From: Catajapyx aquilonaris
Taxonomy: Eukaryota
Assembly (NCBI GenBank): GCA_000934665.2
Contig: JYFJ02003009.1
Span: 1 to 47,424 of the forward strand
Direction: 5' to 3'
Length of the DNA stretch: 47,424 nucleotides
Under the pieces are notes generated by a model. The model had not been told where the DNA came from and searched no databases. It was given only the letters and a program-made list of their open reading frames with translations. Below, piece by piece: positions 46,972 to 47,424 of the stretch (its first letter is position 1; every line of letters begins with the position of its first letter). The translations under genes and the position numbers were made by a program.

Positions 46972-47424
46972 AACAGTGTAATTAAGCAGCATTCATCAGT
47001 CGCCGATAGCGAGTTGATGAATAGGAGCTCCCTTGGCCTTGATAAATTGTCACGTAATGAACAAGCCGAGTGTGATTAGTATGATGAATGCAGCGGGACG
47101 GGATTCCCTCCCAATCCCTCCCCTCCCCTCCCTCCCTCCCCCCCACAGTGCAACCGGGTGTCATCCGGAGTGGGAGGTGACTGTGGGTGGGGGACAGTCA
47201 TCCCCATCCCTTTTCCACTCTTTTGTCGCTGAAAATGCTGGCGAAAACGAAGAAAAAAGACCCCCGAAAGATTAATCACACACTCCCACTGTTATCCTGG
47301 GATTGCCACAACCAGTGTCACACCCACGCATGTGAAATTGCAACCCACGGACTGGTCTAAAGGCAACATTACAAAAATAAGCAGCTTACACCAAATTTAA
47401 TAACTAACAATTGAAGCTAATAAA

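Noticed and set aside
1..47424. CRISPR arrays, rRNA/tRNA genes, hammerhead ribozymes and prokaryotic systems
   Set aside because: No regularly spaced direct repeats or structured RNA signatures found by eye; CTGANGA matches lacked a suitable GAAA and stems; the DNA is intron-containing eukaryotic sequence.

Overview
Eukaryotic, intron-containing genomic DNA, most likely from an arthropod (inferred from protein sequences and short GT-AG introns). About 12 kb of apparently non-coding sequence is followed by a compact cluster of seven genes whose exons I could join by hand into continuous reading frames: GTDC1/QTMAN (+), ATP-citrate lyase ACLY (-), NSUN6 (+), a CBR1-like carbonyl reductase (-), a THAP/P-element-transposase-derived gene (+), TCAIM (+) and LRRC23 (-, with an 8.7 kb intron). 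The most notable element is the THAP gene. It is an intact five-exon ORF of about 723 aa in which two of the three catalytic acidic residues of the transposase appear substituted, it carries three HCF-1-binding motifs at exact 14-aa spacing, and it has a housekeeping-type promoter with no visible TIRs. This fits a domesticated P-element neogene acting as a transcriptional regulator. Other signals are several MITEs and hairpins (one MER2/Tigger-like), three inverted pairs of CTCF-like motifs, a CRE/E-box/CCAAT-rich bidirectional ACLY-NSUN6 promoter, an RFX X-box at LRRC23, and candidate unannotated exons. Family assignments come from motifs recalled from memory; no database searches were run.
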